Both the position numbers and the translations under genes were made by a program. This document shows, piece by piece, positions 31,142 through 44,450 of a stretch of DNA of 64,000 bases. Position 1 is the stretch's first letter. The number at the start of each line of letters is the position of its first letter. This DNA is from Lepidodermella squamata (Eukaryota; Animalia; Gastrotricha), in assembly GCA_047495785.1 (NCBI GenBank), contig JBLDXI010000007.1:806001-870000 (forward strand). The letters are read 5' to 3'. A model generated the notes under the pieces. It was not told the DNA's origin. It did not search any database and worked only from the letters and a program-made list of their open reading frames with translations.

Positions 31142-33053
31142 TTATGCTGAGTTGTACAGCTTGATCAAACGATCAATTCCGGGTCGATTTCTCGTCAAAG
31201 CTCGATACCTATCTTCTCCCAATCGATCAACGGTGATATCAGAACAATCAGCGCCATTTTTCAGCAGATATTCGACCCGAGCTTCAGGTATCCGATAACG
31301 CAGCGCAAAATGAAGCGCGGTTAGGCCTGTGCTAGTCTTCACGCGAATATCAGCTCCATTTTTGACGAGATACTTCATAATATCAAGTGTTTGATTCTCC
31401 GCAGCATACATCAACAACGTTTTCCTGTCCTCATCAGCAAAATTGGCGTCCATTCCGTTATTAATGAATGCTTCAACAATCGGTTTCTGAATGTTTTTCG
31501 ATTTCATACAACTAAGAAGCACATTTTCATCATTGAATCTATCATAAACGCTAGCTCCGTGTTGCAAGAACAGCTTAACTGCTATAATATGATTACAATT
31601 GACAGCGCATTGCAAGGCCGCAGGTCCGATAAAGGCGCCTCTTCTGATGAATTCGAGCAAAATATCGCCTTTGACCATGGATGTAACAGCGAAATAAAGC
31701 TTAGTGTCAGCGAATGATTTGTAGGACCGAGGAACCAGCCCAGGTTCAGCATCTAAGATGGATTTCACAGCCTCAAGCCGGGAATTTTCATCAGAAAAGC
31801 TGTGCTTTTGCAAAGCCTCAATCAGCTTCCGACCCTGAATATTAAAAACAGGAAATTGTAAAAAACAATCCGAAATTATGATAATTTAAAAATACTGCTA
31901 GTCACTAATCATTGAATTAAATAAAATTCAAGTAAATGTATCATTTTTCAGTATTGAACAAAAGCAAACACCTTTTTTAGGCAGAATGAAAGGTTCAATT
32001 CGGCAATTCGGTTTGATAGTACAAGCATGTTTAAAAAACCGCGTTCGAGTTTCCTATCATGTTTCTTCTCTTCTCTATGGCTACGATATAAAAACGATTA
32101 GGTAGGAGTTGATCATGCCACAAAAATGAACCAACCATCTTATAAAAGTTGACCATACTTGGCATCACACAGCGAACATAATTCAACTGGCATGGAATAG
32201 TTGGAGCTATAAAAACCACGTCATTCGGATAGTCTTCAATTAGCCAAAAATCTCTTCGGTGAACCCAATCGAAAAACTAATTGTAATTGTAATTGTAATT
32301 GTAATTGTGGTAAATTGAAATGTACCACTTATATTTAATACGAACAGAAATTGAAAATTAACAGACCACCTCAGGCTGAATTGATCCCAGCAATTTTGCA
32401 TATTTATCATAGAAATTGAGCTGGCAGGGACCACAGCTAATAATTATAGGTGGTTTCAAATTATCCATAACCTATTAAATAGAAAGCTCAGCGATGCAAA
32501 GTAAATGAACTAGAAAAAATTAAAAAACTTCTCTGCATCGTCCCGGCAATCTTATTAGCCAATATTCCATATTATCAGGCCCAAAGCGAAAGCAACAATT
32601 TTCAGGGCGTCTCATCATATTCGCAAATATATCTGTAGAATATTTCGGCGCCTTCTTGATGAAATTTTCCATCGTTAATCTGAACCATGGATCACAAATT
32701 CCGACCATTTGGTTGAAATCACTGCACTTATCGTGGAAAATTCTTGAGTAAGCCAGCGCATATTTTAGAGAACTTGCAGAGCGATGTGAATTGCCAAAAA
32801 ATATTCGCGATTTATTGGTTCCGAATTCCTGAGCGATGAAACATTCCCAGAAGTAGTTGCCCGAAATAAAAGCGTGCCAGCTGAAAGAATTAAGTGAGTA
32901 AATTTCGCTAGATCCAAGCAGTAATTCCGACTTTTACCGCCTAGAAACAACGTTGTTAATCATGAATACTTCTTTATTGCGAATTCGAAGAAAAATATTA
33001 GCGACGACTTCAGGAGGGAGGGTTTCGATAATATCAAATCGTTGCAATACCAT
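31142..33053 (-). CDS. F-box / middle domain / ankyrin protein, unit 2 (5 exons)
   Basis: F-box IIETLPPEVVANIFLRI; exon 4 DYPNDVVFI...VMPSM; ANK exon starting GRKLIEAL. Confidence 0.8.
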
Positions 33054-33352
33054 CCTCCTCCATGATATTTTAATCGAACCCTAAGAAATAAAATCTGAGG
33101 TAAAAATTCATAACTCAAAATTTAATATAAAAAATCAAGTTTTTTATTCTTATAACGTCTTTTGGTAGTTGGCAATATCGAAGAGTTCACTGAAAAGCAC
33201 AGAGTTTTGAGCACAGAGATTCAAACAAATAAATTGCCGGAAATTTCGCAGTTTCCTATGTCGCTTTAAAACTAGATAATATCGGTAACAAATTCAAGTG
33301 AAAAAATCAAGCTTCATCAAGCAACAACAAACAATTTTTAGCACAAACTTAT

Positions 33353-35218
33353 TCAACGGTCAACCTTCTTCAGGATCTGAATAATTTTTTCATCGTCCTC
33401 CCCGCATGAAACCATTTCGGCAAGTTGCAACGGGGTCATATTGTCACTGTCTTTCAAAATTGGATCCGCTCCGAATTCCAACAGTAGTTTGACACCCGCC
33501 TCCGAATGCTTTAGAACCATGTGATGCAGCGGTTTCCTCGTCCTGGTAGTTGAAACTTGAATATCGGAGTTCGGATCGGCACCTTTCTGAAGCAACATTC
33601 TCAGTCGCTGCTCGAAATAACAATGGCGAAGTGCTGCATCAAGCGCTGATTGATTTGCGTCATTTCGTAAACGGACATCGGCCCCTTTTTTGATCAAATA
33701 CCGAATAACATCGATCTTCTGCTTTTCCATGGAAACCATGAGCAGCGAATTTCCATTCTGATCTTTTTGGTTCACTTCCAAGCCATACCAAACAAGAGTT
33801 TCGAAAATAGTGCAGGGTATAGCCTTTTCCTTGATAACTTCCATCAGGGCGTAGATTGTGCTCGAGTTTTTCAACAACTTAGCGGCTTCAAGTATTAGGG
33901 AGACAGCAGAACTGTTGCAAGCTGAGACTGCGGTCGCTAAAGCTTTGGGACCAACAGCCGCTCCTCGCTTCAAGAAACCACTTGTTATTTCTCTGGATAA
34001 TTTTTGCCGAATCGCCAGGTGAAACAGGGAATTCCCATTCTCTGAAACACGGTCTATCAATCCCGGTTGTTCGTCGAGGATATGAAAAATCTGGTCGGAA
34101 CGTTGATAGTAATAACCCTGCTCGACATCGAGTAAAGCCTCCAACTTTCGGCGCTTAAAAAATTTAAATTTAATTTCATCCAAGTTTAATAAACATTTGA
34201 AGAGAAAAATTACCGCCGAGATATATCGGGCTAAACTTGGAAACGATAAGCGAATTGAGCGCAAAGTGCAACGAGAAACGGATCCGACAAATCGAGAATT
34301 TTCAGGGTAAGCTTCGATCATCCAGTTAGGTTGTGGGTCAGTCTAATAAAGGTTTAAAGTTTAAAGCAACCGGAAAAAATAAGGATAAAAACGAACCTCG
34401 GGCTTGTTGTAACGCGCCAATTCCTTCATCTTTTCGTCGAAAAATGCGACGGAACATTTCTCATCGCAATCCAAGATAACGACAGGCTTCAGCTTATCCA
34501 TAGCCTGCAAATATTACAAAAATAATTTTGCAAAGCTTCCAAGTTTTCCCTTGGTCGTGCTAGGCTCAAATTTATGCTTCACTGCGGAATTGTTTATCTT
34601 TAGAAGAAAAATCTGAGTCAATCAAGTTAGCGATATACCTCTTGACACTGGGCTGGCAGTCTAGCAATCCACATATTAGCACCCTGGGATTTTTCAAACA
34701 CTCCGAAACCTTGTTTGTCAGAAACGCCACTGAGGAAATCTTGCTCATCATTCTCTTTGATTGCGCGATGAAACTCGTCAAATGTAAGATTGCTTTCAGG
34801 TAGAGCTGTGAAAATGTCCGACGCGAAGGCTGGTTTGAACAGCGTGTCGTTGATCAACGCGGATTGTAGGGACACCAGAGATTGGGGATCACACAGGAAA
34901 TTCCTAGACTTAGCAACGCCGAATTCGCGGATTATCAACTCTTCCCAGAATTTCCGGCTGCTCAAAAAAGAATGCCATCTGCAACAACAAAAAACGGAAA
35001 TGAGAGAACTGATAACCGAACAGCTTCAATTCATGTTTCACATTAATTTGAAAAAAGTGATACCTTTTAGATACCAGACGAAATTCGGCGATCTCGCTTA
35101 AGCGGAAACAAATGCAAATTTTTGCAATCACGTCCTCTGGCAGTAAGACCAACGGATCGTTAGATGTGGCGTCGTCTGAGGTAATTACGCGGCGTCGCTT
35201 TGATGGGAGGCTCGTCAT
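33353..35218 (-). CDS. F-box / middle domain / ankyrin protein, unit 3 (5 exons)
   Basis: F-box DPLVLLPEDVIAKI...VSKR|WHSF; exon 4 YPENSRFV...LSFPSL; phase-0 splice YISA|RRKL into the ANK exon. Confidence 0.85.
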
Positions 35219-35296
35219 TTTATACTAACAACAAAAATGTCTACAGATTTGAAAAAATCACAATGCAAAAAATGCCCAGATCGCCGAGCCGCGGGA

Positions 35297-36382
35297 TTCA
35301 GTGCTTTTTTGACACAATTTCTCCTTTGGGCCAAGTAACTTGGTAGGCCATGAGATATTAAACAAATAGATACCAAATGGATACGTTATTGTGTCTAACA
35401 AGAAAGATTCATTATTCATGGCAATCTAAAATAGAAACTGAGACTTAATTGTAAAAGAAACGGAACGTGAAATTAGAAAAAAGAAATTAAGGCGGATTTT
35501 TTAAGATTTAGAAGAAAACTTTGAAAAGAGAATAACAAGTTGAACGAGGAGCAGCCGCCTGGGGCACATGTTTTTCGCTAGTTCAGAGATTTCTCGCAAT
35601 AGGCACCCAAACATTAAATAGAGCTGAAATTAATAGAGCTCAGCATCGAAAATATGCACAATTCAACCCTCAATTCAATTTTCCAATGTAAAGCAATAGG
35701 CAGCCGCATTCATCGCGATACCGAGCGTGTAATGTTTAGCAGCATTATTATCACTATCTCGAAAAACACTTTTTGCAAACAGCAATTGGAAAACGATGAG
35801 CGAATCAGGCCGTTCTCCTCGCTTTCTTGATGTGTGCGTGCGTTTTATTGAAGGCAATAATAAACTCGCCGCACGAGAAATGAGTCTCGTGCACACATTA
35901 GAGAAATAGTAGGCGACAATTATAATTGGAACTCTTCGAAACTTCGTATTTGTTTCAACGTCACAAGTCTCAACTGTTTACTGTTGTAACATCGGCTGCT
36001 TGCACGTAAGATTGCAAATAACAACATAAAAAATCTGTAAGAAAAAATCAGAAAATAAACGAACATTCGAACTCACACCAACTGACGCGAGCTTCTCAAT
36101 GCATTTTCATGTTCTGATGACAATAAACAGTTTTACAGACCCCAGGTTTTTTTTGTATTTGAGTCGATTAACAACGGATTTTAGCTTTGCAGTTCAGCAG
36201 TAGCGAGACAGCAAGACGAAATGCAGCTAACGTGACATGCACTCGATTCTGATTTCCCGAATTTTCGCATTCGAGTACCAGCTACCCTTAAAATCTACAG
36301 TCACTGAAGCATATTTTCATTTCCATTATTTTTATTCAGGCTATCAACTAACTCCTCGATTATGTGACAAAAAAGCGCTGAA
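35297..36382. mobile_element. Possible non-autonomous TIR element
   Basis: Imperfect 20-bp inverted ends TTCAGTGCTTTTTTGACACA / TGTGACAAAAAAGCGCTGAA bounding a non-coding kb between array units; no TSD seen. Confidence 0.45.
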
Positions 36383-36645
36383 AAGAACTTGGTTGAAGAA
36401 TTGACTTTTATTTGACTATCAAAATTGTTACCGAGCTATCGACACGCCTTTTAGCTTGAACGATCGCCATCATTCAAATGTAGCACAAATTTCTAGGAGA
36501 AATAAGAAATCGAAGAGCCTTTTATTGCTGAGATATTTTATTCATTAGGTTTAAATGAACAAAAAAGTGAGGTATCAAAAGAAAAGCATATTACAATTTT
36601 TTATTGCACTGTAAAATGATGTACAAAAAATAGCAGTTTCAAGTG

Positions 36646-39600
36646 TCATATTCCAGGAATAGGGTGTGCGGTTAAGAAAGTTTCGCCTTTCGAGTCCAGA
36701 GCGTTAATATCAGCTCCGTGTTCGACCAATAGGTTAACAACAGCAATCTCCCGGCGCGAGTACATGACATGTAACGGAAATGTGAAATCCGCCCCTTGCC
36801 AGATCTTGACATTCGGGTCTGCCCCAGTCTCCAGAAGTACACGTATTCGAGCTCGATATCTAATTATCTTTTTACATCCAAGTGCAATTTCCAAAGCAGA
36901 TTGTTTGGCAGCATTCAATCGATTTACATCAGCTCCATAAGCAATACAGTGCCGTAAAGTTTCAACGTGGAAAGCTTTCGCAGCCAAGAGAAGGAGGGTG
37001 TCGCCATTTTCATCGGCCCAATTCGGATCGTAACCGTTGGCGAGGAATGCTTCGACCACTTCCGGGCTTATAAAATCGCGAATTCGAAGTGCATCAAAAA
37101 TAATTGGAACGCCTCTTGCATTGATCGATTTAGCGCTTACACCCAAAGATAGAAACAAAAGAACAGCAGCTTCGTTAGATTTGAAAGCCGCTCTTTCCAA
37201 GGCTTCCGGGCCATAAGCGGCTCCTCGATTGAGAAACTCTTGGATAAATGCAGCACTAGCACCTGATGATATGACTTGGCACAGTAGAGAATCGTTAAAT
37301 TCCGCACCACTGGATGATCGATTGATAAAATGAGGATATCGGCCCAAAGCATTTTTCAATTCGGACAAATCTTCCTGGCGCTTACATACCATATCGACGA
37401 TTCGCTTCATCTAAAAACTGTGATTTTAGCAGGTGAAAAAAAGACTGGGATCTCATACCGTCATTAAAGTGTTGCACGCGCTCGGAAAACTGAATCGAAT
37501 GTATTCAATGGTGTGAATGAAGGCGATGTATTTCATTCCATCGGGATAACTCCGCAGATGAGGGTCTTCCCAATCGCCATATCGCTAAGTGAACCGAAAA
37601 AAAATTAGCCCAGAATGTTGTTGAGAAAATCTGTTATTGTTCTTTCCCCATTGACACGCGATATTTCGATAGAGAAAAATTTAGGGGGCAAGAATTTGAA
37701 AACCCCATAATTTTATCCCTTACGCTTTTACGGAGAAAATATGTCCCAAAACTATCGCTTATGCTTTTTCTAGATGTCAAAAACCAAAAACCCCCTTGCA
37801 AATCGAATTTTATTTGGAATGAAAAATTGAATTTAATAGAATTAAATGAAGTTGAAAACTTTTGGCTCGAAACAATTCAAAATACGCAGCCAAGCGGAAC
37901 CGGTCGTGTTCGGCATTCGAATCAAGCTCAGTTCCAAGTTCCAGCCTTCCAAATAGGATTGCAATAACACGACCATTTTGTTCTATAATTAATAGTCCTC
38001 CTAATCAGTGGCTTATGCTCGATTTTTCACTTGTTGATCACTTGTTGCTATTGAATTCATTTTGAAATGTTATTCAAGTCGCCAAACATCAGCGTTGGCA
38101 CCTTGTTATCCTCATCTTTCGCCGCTGTTCAAAGGAGGGCTTCGAGGCAGCGATATTGCGGCCGATATTTCGGTATCTCCAAAGGTGCCAACGTTGGTCT
38201 CAATTTGCAACTTCGACCTGAAGCTTGCGAAACATAAGAAGAAAGAATCGCTGAAGCTCGCGAAGGAGTCTGGGATCCACAGTGTTTACCTCCCGCGAAA
38301 CATGTCGTTCGAACGAGCGGCTGTGTTATGGGCAGCTGGATTTACCAGCGAAAGCTCAAGTTGCCACCCGGCAGGTTGTACAAATCCGACTACGTCGTTC
38401 TTCGATCCCGAAGAGTGGCTATCCAGCCGAACGGCGACGTTTTCGTGATCTCGAGCTTCGCCCTGGCGGCAGGTAACGTCCATGACGCCGTCGCGTCCAA
38501 AAATATTCGCAACCTCGCTTCGCAGTTAAAAACTGGGTGGAGTTTCAAACAAAGCTTCGATATGTCCAGTTCTGACGAATCTGCAGAGCATGTTGGCTCG
38601 CCGAACAATCCGATTTTTTCGGGATAAAGCTGACGATACTACGACATCGCTAAGAAATTCGGAAAATACTAAAATTCATTGATCACTGTATCTCAGTTGT
38701 TGAATTTTAAATTTTAAAATTGCTCAATAAAATATCCATTTTTTTCGTAAATGCGTTGTTATTAAATCTGACTTTGCGAAACATTGAGTGTTTTCAAGGC
38801 GCAACAACTCAGCGCGCGACTTTATGGACACGATGCGCAATTTTGATGCGGCCTCTGTTCGAAAACCTTCGAAATGTGACCTGAGTCAAAGATTTAAAAC
38901 TTGGCATGGTCGATTTAGGGCGGCGCACGATAACAACAAGCAGTCTGGGACCAAGCGAATGACCGTCGAGTTCATGAAGCTCTGGGAAGAAATGTTTGCA
39001 GAAAAGCGGCAGCTTGATCCGGATTACGTTGAAAATGCTGGTTCTTCCGGATTGAAGATTGATTTCAGCGTGGCCGACGAAGAAGATTCGCTGGTTGAAA
39101 GGGATAACGATGAGGACGTCGAAGAGGCTATTGCCCGTGTTTCTAAGTTGCTACCACGGTCACGGACTTCACATCGCGGAGATATGTAATTTAGACACCC
39201 TGGGGCTGTAGTCACCCTACAATATTTTCTTTTAATATATGGTGGTTGAAATAGCTACCATTAGATAAAGACAGATAAAAATTCACCAACCGCAATTGGC
39301 AGCTGATTCAGCGCCGCATCATAGCACAACATGCCTCCGAATCCAGATAGTCCTGTGCAGTTGAAGGGAAGCTTCAGAATGTCTAGAACCTTAAAAACAC
39401 AACAAAATAGTTTAGAGCAAAAGAAATAAGTTCAAATTACCTCCAAGACTCTCGAGGGTATTTTCACAAAGGCATAACCGTAATACAAACTATCGTCTTC
39501 GTGTAAACAACAAAGGCCGAAAGATTCGTCTTGAAAAAAGTTCGGCTTCTTAGCTCGAATCACCGTCAAAAAGTCGTCGTCAGCAATGAAGTGATCGTCG

Positions 39601-40035
39601 ACATGGATGATAGTCGTGAAGGCAGCTGGCAATTTTTCGTACGGCTTCAAAAGCCAGACTTTTCGCAAAATCGGCTCGCATTTGAGGTATCCTCGAAAAT
39701 TTTCCAAGGCACCAGGCTTTGACAAAAATTTTCGCCCGTTTTCAGTTCCGAATTCTTGTACAATCAAATTTTTCCAAAAATTCGTTGAATCCGTTAAAGA
39801 ATACCATCTTCGTATTTACAAAAAAATAGAATGAACAATAAATTAGTAATAAAATAAACTATTATTACTTTTTGCTGACTAATGCACAGGAATAAAAGAT
39901 TTCTTCGAGGCGAATATACGAAATAATTTCAATGGCTATTTCGAGTGGCAGAACATCCAACGGATCGATCGCTGCATCGTTGCCAAAAGAATTACGCTGT
40001 TTTTTCACCACAGGTTCAATGTCATTGAAGTCCAT
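36646..40035 (-). CDS. F-box / middle domain / ankyrin protein, unit 4 (5 exons; ~1.7-kb third intron)
   Basis: F-box DPLDVLPLEIAIEII; exon 4 SYPDGMKYI...FSFPS at ~37584-37459; ANK exon 37410-36646. Confidence 0.8.
38062..39189 (+). mobile_element. Possible PIF/Harbinger-like relic (DDE fragment plus Myb/SANT-like fragment) inside the unit 4 intron
   Basis: AIQPNGDVFVISS...AGNVHDA resembles the Harbinger G-x-x-HD motif; RFKTWHGRFRAAHDNNKQSGTKR...FMKLWEEMF resembles the end of trihelix/MSANT domains. Frames are broken. Confidence 0.4.
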
Positions 40036-40569
40036 AAAAATAAATCTAGCTAAAAGATTAAACTGGTCTGCACAAGGGAAAAGTTTGAATTTGGGAAATT
40101 TCCAAATTTTCCAGCCAAAGCGAGGAAGTTGACTTAATTTCAGGCTATATCTTCAAGTCCTTGCTAATTATCAAATTCATTTATCAGTAAGGTGCCTCCA
40201 AAATTGGAAAAATCCACCATTTTGTTAACTTCAAATAAATTCGTCTGATGAATTTTGAAGCCAGGTTTTCAAAAAGCCATAATTACTAAAATAAATTCAC
40301 TTTGAAGTCGATTAATCAGTGAAAATTCATTCTCAAATAAGAGTGAGAACTAAGGTTTTACCAAACCCTTCTTTTCTTTTGCTACAGGTCAAATAAATAA
40401 ATAAATTCTCGGAAATATAAACAACAAATTCCTATTTTATTTAGCATTGACGTGAAAATAACGTAAGAAATGTAGAAAAATCGCAGTTTTCCAAGTCTCG
40501 CGCCCGAAAGGCTCTGTAAAAATGGACGTATCAAGCATTTATATCTCTAAAAAGCTTCGCCCTACGCAT

Positions 40570-41570
40570 TCATTCTCTAGCGATACCTTTCGCAACCAGC
40601 CTCAACATTTTCGCTTTCTGAAAACAAAAAAAAATAAAATTAATTCGACAGTAAAAGAACATAGGTATGATTGCTTGCTGTGATCACAGCTTTGGCGTGG
40701 CTAGGAAAGCCGAATTGGACAGATCTCAAGCTGCAACTGTTGTCGCTGCCGAAATATTTGGTTCCAACCGGGTAGTCGGCAAAAACCGTCACGTTAAAAG
40801 GATTTTCGGCAATCTACCGCAAAAACATAGATATATCGGGAAAGAAATCGGTGGAAAGTTACATCAAAATATCGGTGGTCGAGTACTTTCAAGTCACCGT
40901 CGTAAAATGTCACTTCGCCAATCGAAAAACAGTAAAAGATTAAGGGCGGCTTTAGAATGTTGACCGGCTGGCAGGGGAAGCAGACGAAATAAATCAAACA
41001 AAAGTCTAAATTATGAAACAGACCACTTCGATACTGCTTGGAATTTTCATCAGCCAAGACTTGTGCCACCCACTGAAAGCAACGCATTGATATTCGGTAT
41101 CATCGCAGAAAAACGCTGGGCTAAAATCGAGAGATTTCGCTTTTTCGCGGGGAGAAGTTCTCGGCGAGTTTGTTCTAGCTCGAGCGGCGGTCGCGATTGG
41201 ATAATATCTGAATATAGGTTCCGTAGTCAGGGCATTTCGAAAACCTTCCAAGGCTCCATTTATTCGAAAGAGATGCAGAGCAGGCTCTAGGCCAAATTCA
41301 CGAATTATCAACCGTTTCCACAAAATAGAACTTCTTGTAAATTGGTACCAGCTAAAACAAAGAGCGTTTGGCCTGCGAAGGTTATACTCAAGCTCTGATT
41401 TACCTTTTTGAAACAACGGCACAAGATAAGAACAAGTCCCTTGGTCGGAGATTCAAGAATATTTCAACCAAAATTTCCACCGGGAAAACAGACAAGGGGT
41501 CTATCAAAGCGGTATGAAGGGGAGGCTCAGTCGATGCAGGTTGGTATCGCTTGTATTCGATTTCATTCAT
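40570..41570 (-). CDS. F-box / middle domain gene lacking ankyrin repeats, unit 5 (truncated, possibly a pseudogene)
   Basis: Exons 1-4 are open (DPLSVFPVEILVEIFLNL; DYPVGTKYF...FGFPS). The last exon encodes only KAKMLRLVAKGIARE-stop, and only ~530 bp remain before unit 4. Confidence 0.7.
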
Positions 41571-41713
41571 TTTTATAATAAGAATCCTAAAAAATAAAAC
41601 CAATAAAACCCAACAAATTTATTTAATATGAAATAATCCTGAAAAATCACAGGTAAAAATGGCAAGTAAAATATTGGCCCAGCTTAATTATTTTCATCTT
41701 TAAAATAAAAAGT

Positions 41714-43943
41714 TTAGGATTTTTCGCCGCTTTCTCCGCTTTTCAATGCGCGCTGATTGAAGGCTAAGCGCTCGAAAAAACAAACGGCTCCAATAGATCG
41801 CCGCATGGCTCGGAAAACATTTTCGCCCACCCGTTCAGGGCTGAACTCGCTCGCATCAGCGCCACTTTTCAGCAGAAATTCGACTCGAGCCTCGGGCATT
41901 CGCGCCAGCAATGCACACCCAAGTGCATTCTGGCCATTGTTGCTCTTACGATTGACATCCGCTCCCTTTTTAACGAGATACTTAACAGCGTCAAGTGTTT
42001 CATTCTCCGACGCATGCATCAACAGTGTCTTTCCCTTCTTATCAGCGAAATTCACGTCCATACCGGCTTTGATGAACAATTCGATAATGCCTTTTGTTAC
42101 GCTCTTCGAAGCCATACAGCTGAGAAGAACGTTTTCGCCATTGAATTCGTCAAAGAAATTAGCGCCGTTTTGCAGGCAGAGGTCTACTGCAAAAGTAAGG
42201 CCAGTGTTGACGGCACAGTGAAGAGCCTCGGATCCAATAAAAGCACCTCTTTCGATGAATTCGCGCAGCATAACGCTTGGAGCAAATGAAGTAATAGCGT
42301 GACACAGTATGGAATCGGCGAATGAATCATTCGACCGATTAACCATGCCAGGTTCAGCATTTAAAATAGCCTTCAAGGTCTCCAGCCTAGCATCTTTATC
42401 ATCAGCATTCCAGTAGTCCAGTACAGTGTTTTTTAGTCGTCGACCCTGAATCATAAAACAAGATTATATACAAAAATTGAGTGTTATCCATTTAAGATAA
42501 AAATCTACAAATTCTCGAGAGATTTCTGATTTTAAATGGGTGTGCCAAGTGGGACACCATAAACTTAGGGTTCCAGCTTTCAATTCGATATTACAGCATC
42601 ATATTTGCCCAAAATATGGGTTTCTAGCCTCAAGGTTTCCCAGAATCTCAATTTGTTGGATTCATGCCTAACCGATAAATCCCATTATTATGCACTCTAT
42701 CGGCAGTCCTACGAGTTCCTTTAGCCTACGGAGCCGATATCGATTCGAATTTTCGATTTCACAAATCAATGATTTTCCCAATATCGGCAGCCTAGAAACA
42801 TCAACAAAAGAAAAAGCCCAAACCGTAAAGAATCGTGCTCTAGAACACTCAAATTCAATGCTGGAACCTCAATTTTATTTATGCACATTTTAGATCCGTT
42901 TTATACCGATAAGAATGTTTAGCCTTTTGCATAAATTTGATTATCATTATAATCATAAAATTAATGAACTAACCATCTGAAGAAATCTCGCCAAGCTGGG
43001 CATGGCAAAACGAAAATAACGCAAATTACACGGAGACGACGGGGCGATGTAAGCTACTGCTTCAGGATAGTCGTCGATAACCCAATATTCCTGTTCAGAG
43101 GGCTTCGAAGAAAACTAGATGAAAAAAAACTTCATTAGCCTATCGTCAAAATCGAAATAAGCAGACATTTGATTTGAGCGAAGCAAGCAATTTCAAGTCG
43201 CGATCGTAAAATCCAAGTTCGCACTGTTCGAAACCGACCAGTAAGGGAGGCTTTAAAATATCAAAAACCTGAGCAACAAATTGCTATTAGAATAATAAAA
43301 ACGAAAAAAAACAGATCACTGACCTCTTGAAATCGATTCGGTATTATAATCAGCCAATAAGCTGGCCAAAACCGCCCGTAACCAACACAACAAGGCTCAG
43401 GAAAGGGCAATTTTTCCTTCGGTAAATCGCACCAAAATGTATGCGCGCCTTTCAAATATGTTTCCATATTAATTATCTGGCCATCTTTCAACACCACTTC
43501 AACTTTGTTCACGGCTAGGAAGTCAGCGTAGCATTTCAGGTGGAAAATTCGGCTATCCTTGAGCGCCGGCTGGAGGATACTAAGAGAATCCGACAATCGC
43601 CGAGTTTTTTCTACTCCAAATTCTTTGGCGATTAAACGCTCCCAAAAGTAGTTGCTCGAGAGGAAAGCTTGCCAGCTGAATTAGAGAATGCAGTCAAGAA
43701 TCATCCAAGCGGAAAATGCCGTGCAACATACCGCTTACAGACGACGTTGCACATCAAGAAAATTTCTTTATTACGAAGAAGAAGAAAGATGTTAGCAGCG
43801 ATTTCGGGTGGCAGAGCTTCGATAAAATCGGACGGTTCACTTTCAAGCTTAGGCAGCTTCACAGCAATATCATTGAGTAGGAAAGTTCTGGTTGGATCCG
43901 TCGCTCCTCGCTTTAACATTGGTACTAGTTTCCACTGAGACAT
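41714..43943 (-). CDS. F-box / middle domain / ankyrin protein, unit 6 (5 exons)
   Basis: F-box FIEALPPEIAANIFLLL; exon 4 DYPEAVAYI...AMPSL; ANK exon starting GRRLKNTV. Confidence 0.83.
42537..42912. repeat. Dispersed repeat family, copy 2 (last intron of unit 6)
   Basis: Homologous to 9751-10150, same orientation. Confidence 0.75.
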
Positions 43944-44450
43944 ATTTTAACGCAATTTTTAAATGGAGGGCTAATAAAAAATAACGGTAATGAACAATAC
44001 ATAATTTAAGGAAGGAATTAAAGTGAAAAATTACACAAATTTGCAATTTTTACATTTTGCAGTTACGCTATTCGCTGTAAAACTTAAAATTTTGACCAAA
44101 AACCCCTCGAATAATTTCCAGATTTTTCGAGTTCGGAAAATTAATAGCCTAGAATAATAGGCTATATCGATAAAATACGGCAATGAGCATAATTTTACCG
44201 ATCTTTCTCGCTGGCTTATTGAAGCTCAAAATTTTCTGCCTTTTTGAAGGCGGATCGTCACTCAAATCCATAAAAAAAATGCCTAAAAATATATTGAACG
44301 TAGGTTCAATCTAAAGATGGCACAATTTCCTTTATTTTATACAAAAATCAGGTAAATCATCTGAAGTAATGAAAATTTGTTGGTTGAAAGGTTCAATATC
44401 ACAATTTTTAAATGTAACAGAGATGAAAACTGAATTCGTAAGAATATATG

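Noticed and set aside
32279-32308. (AATTGT)5 giving an ITITIT ORF
   Set aside because: Simple intronic microsatellite next to an acceptor site.
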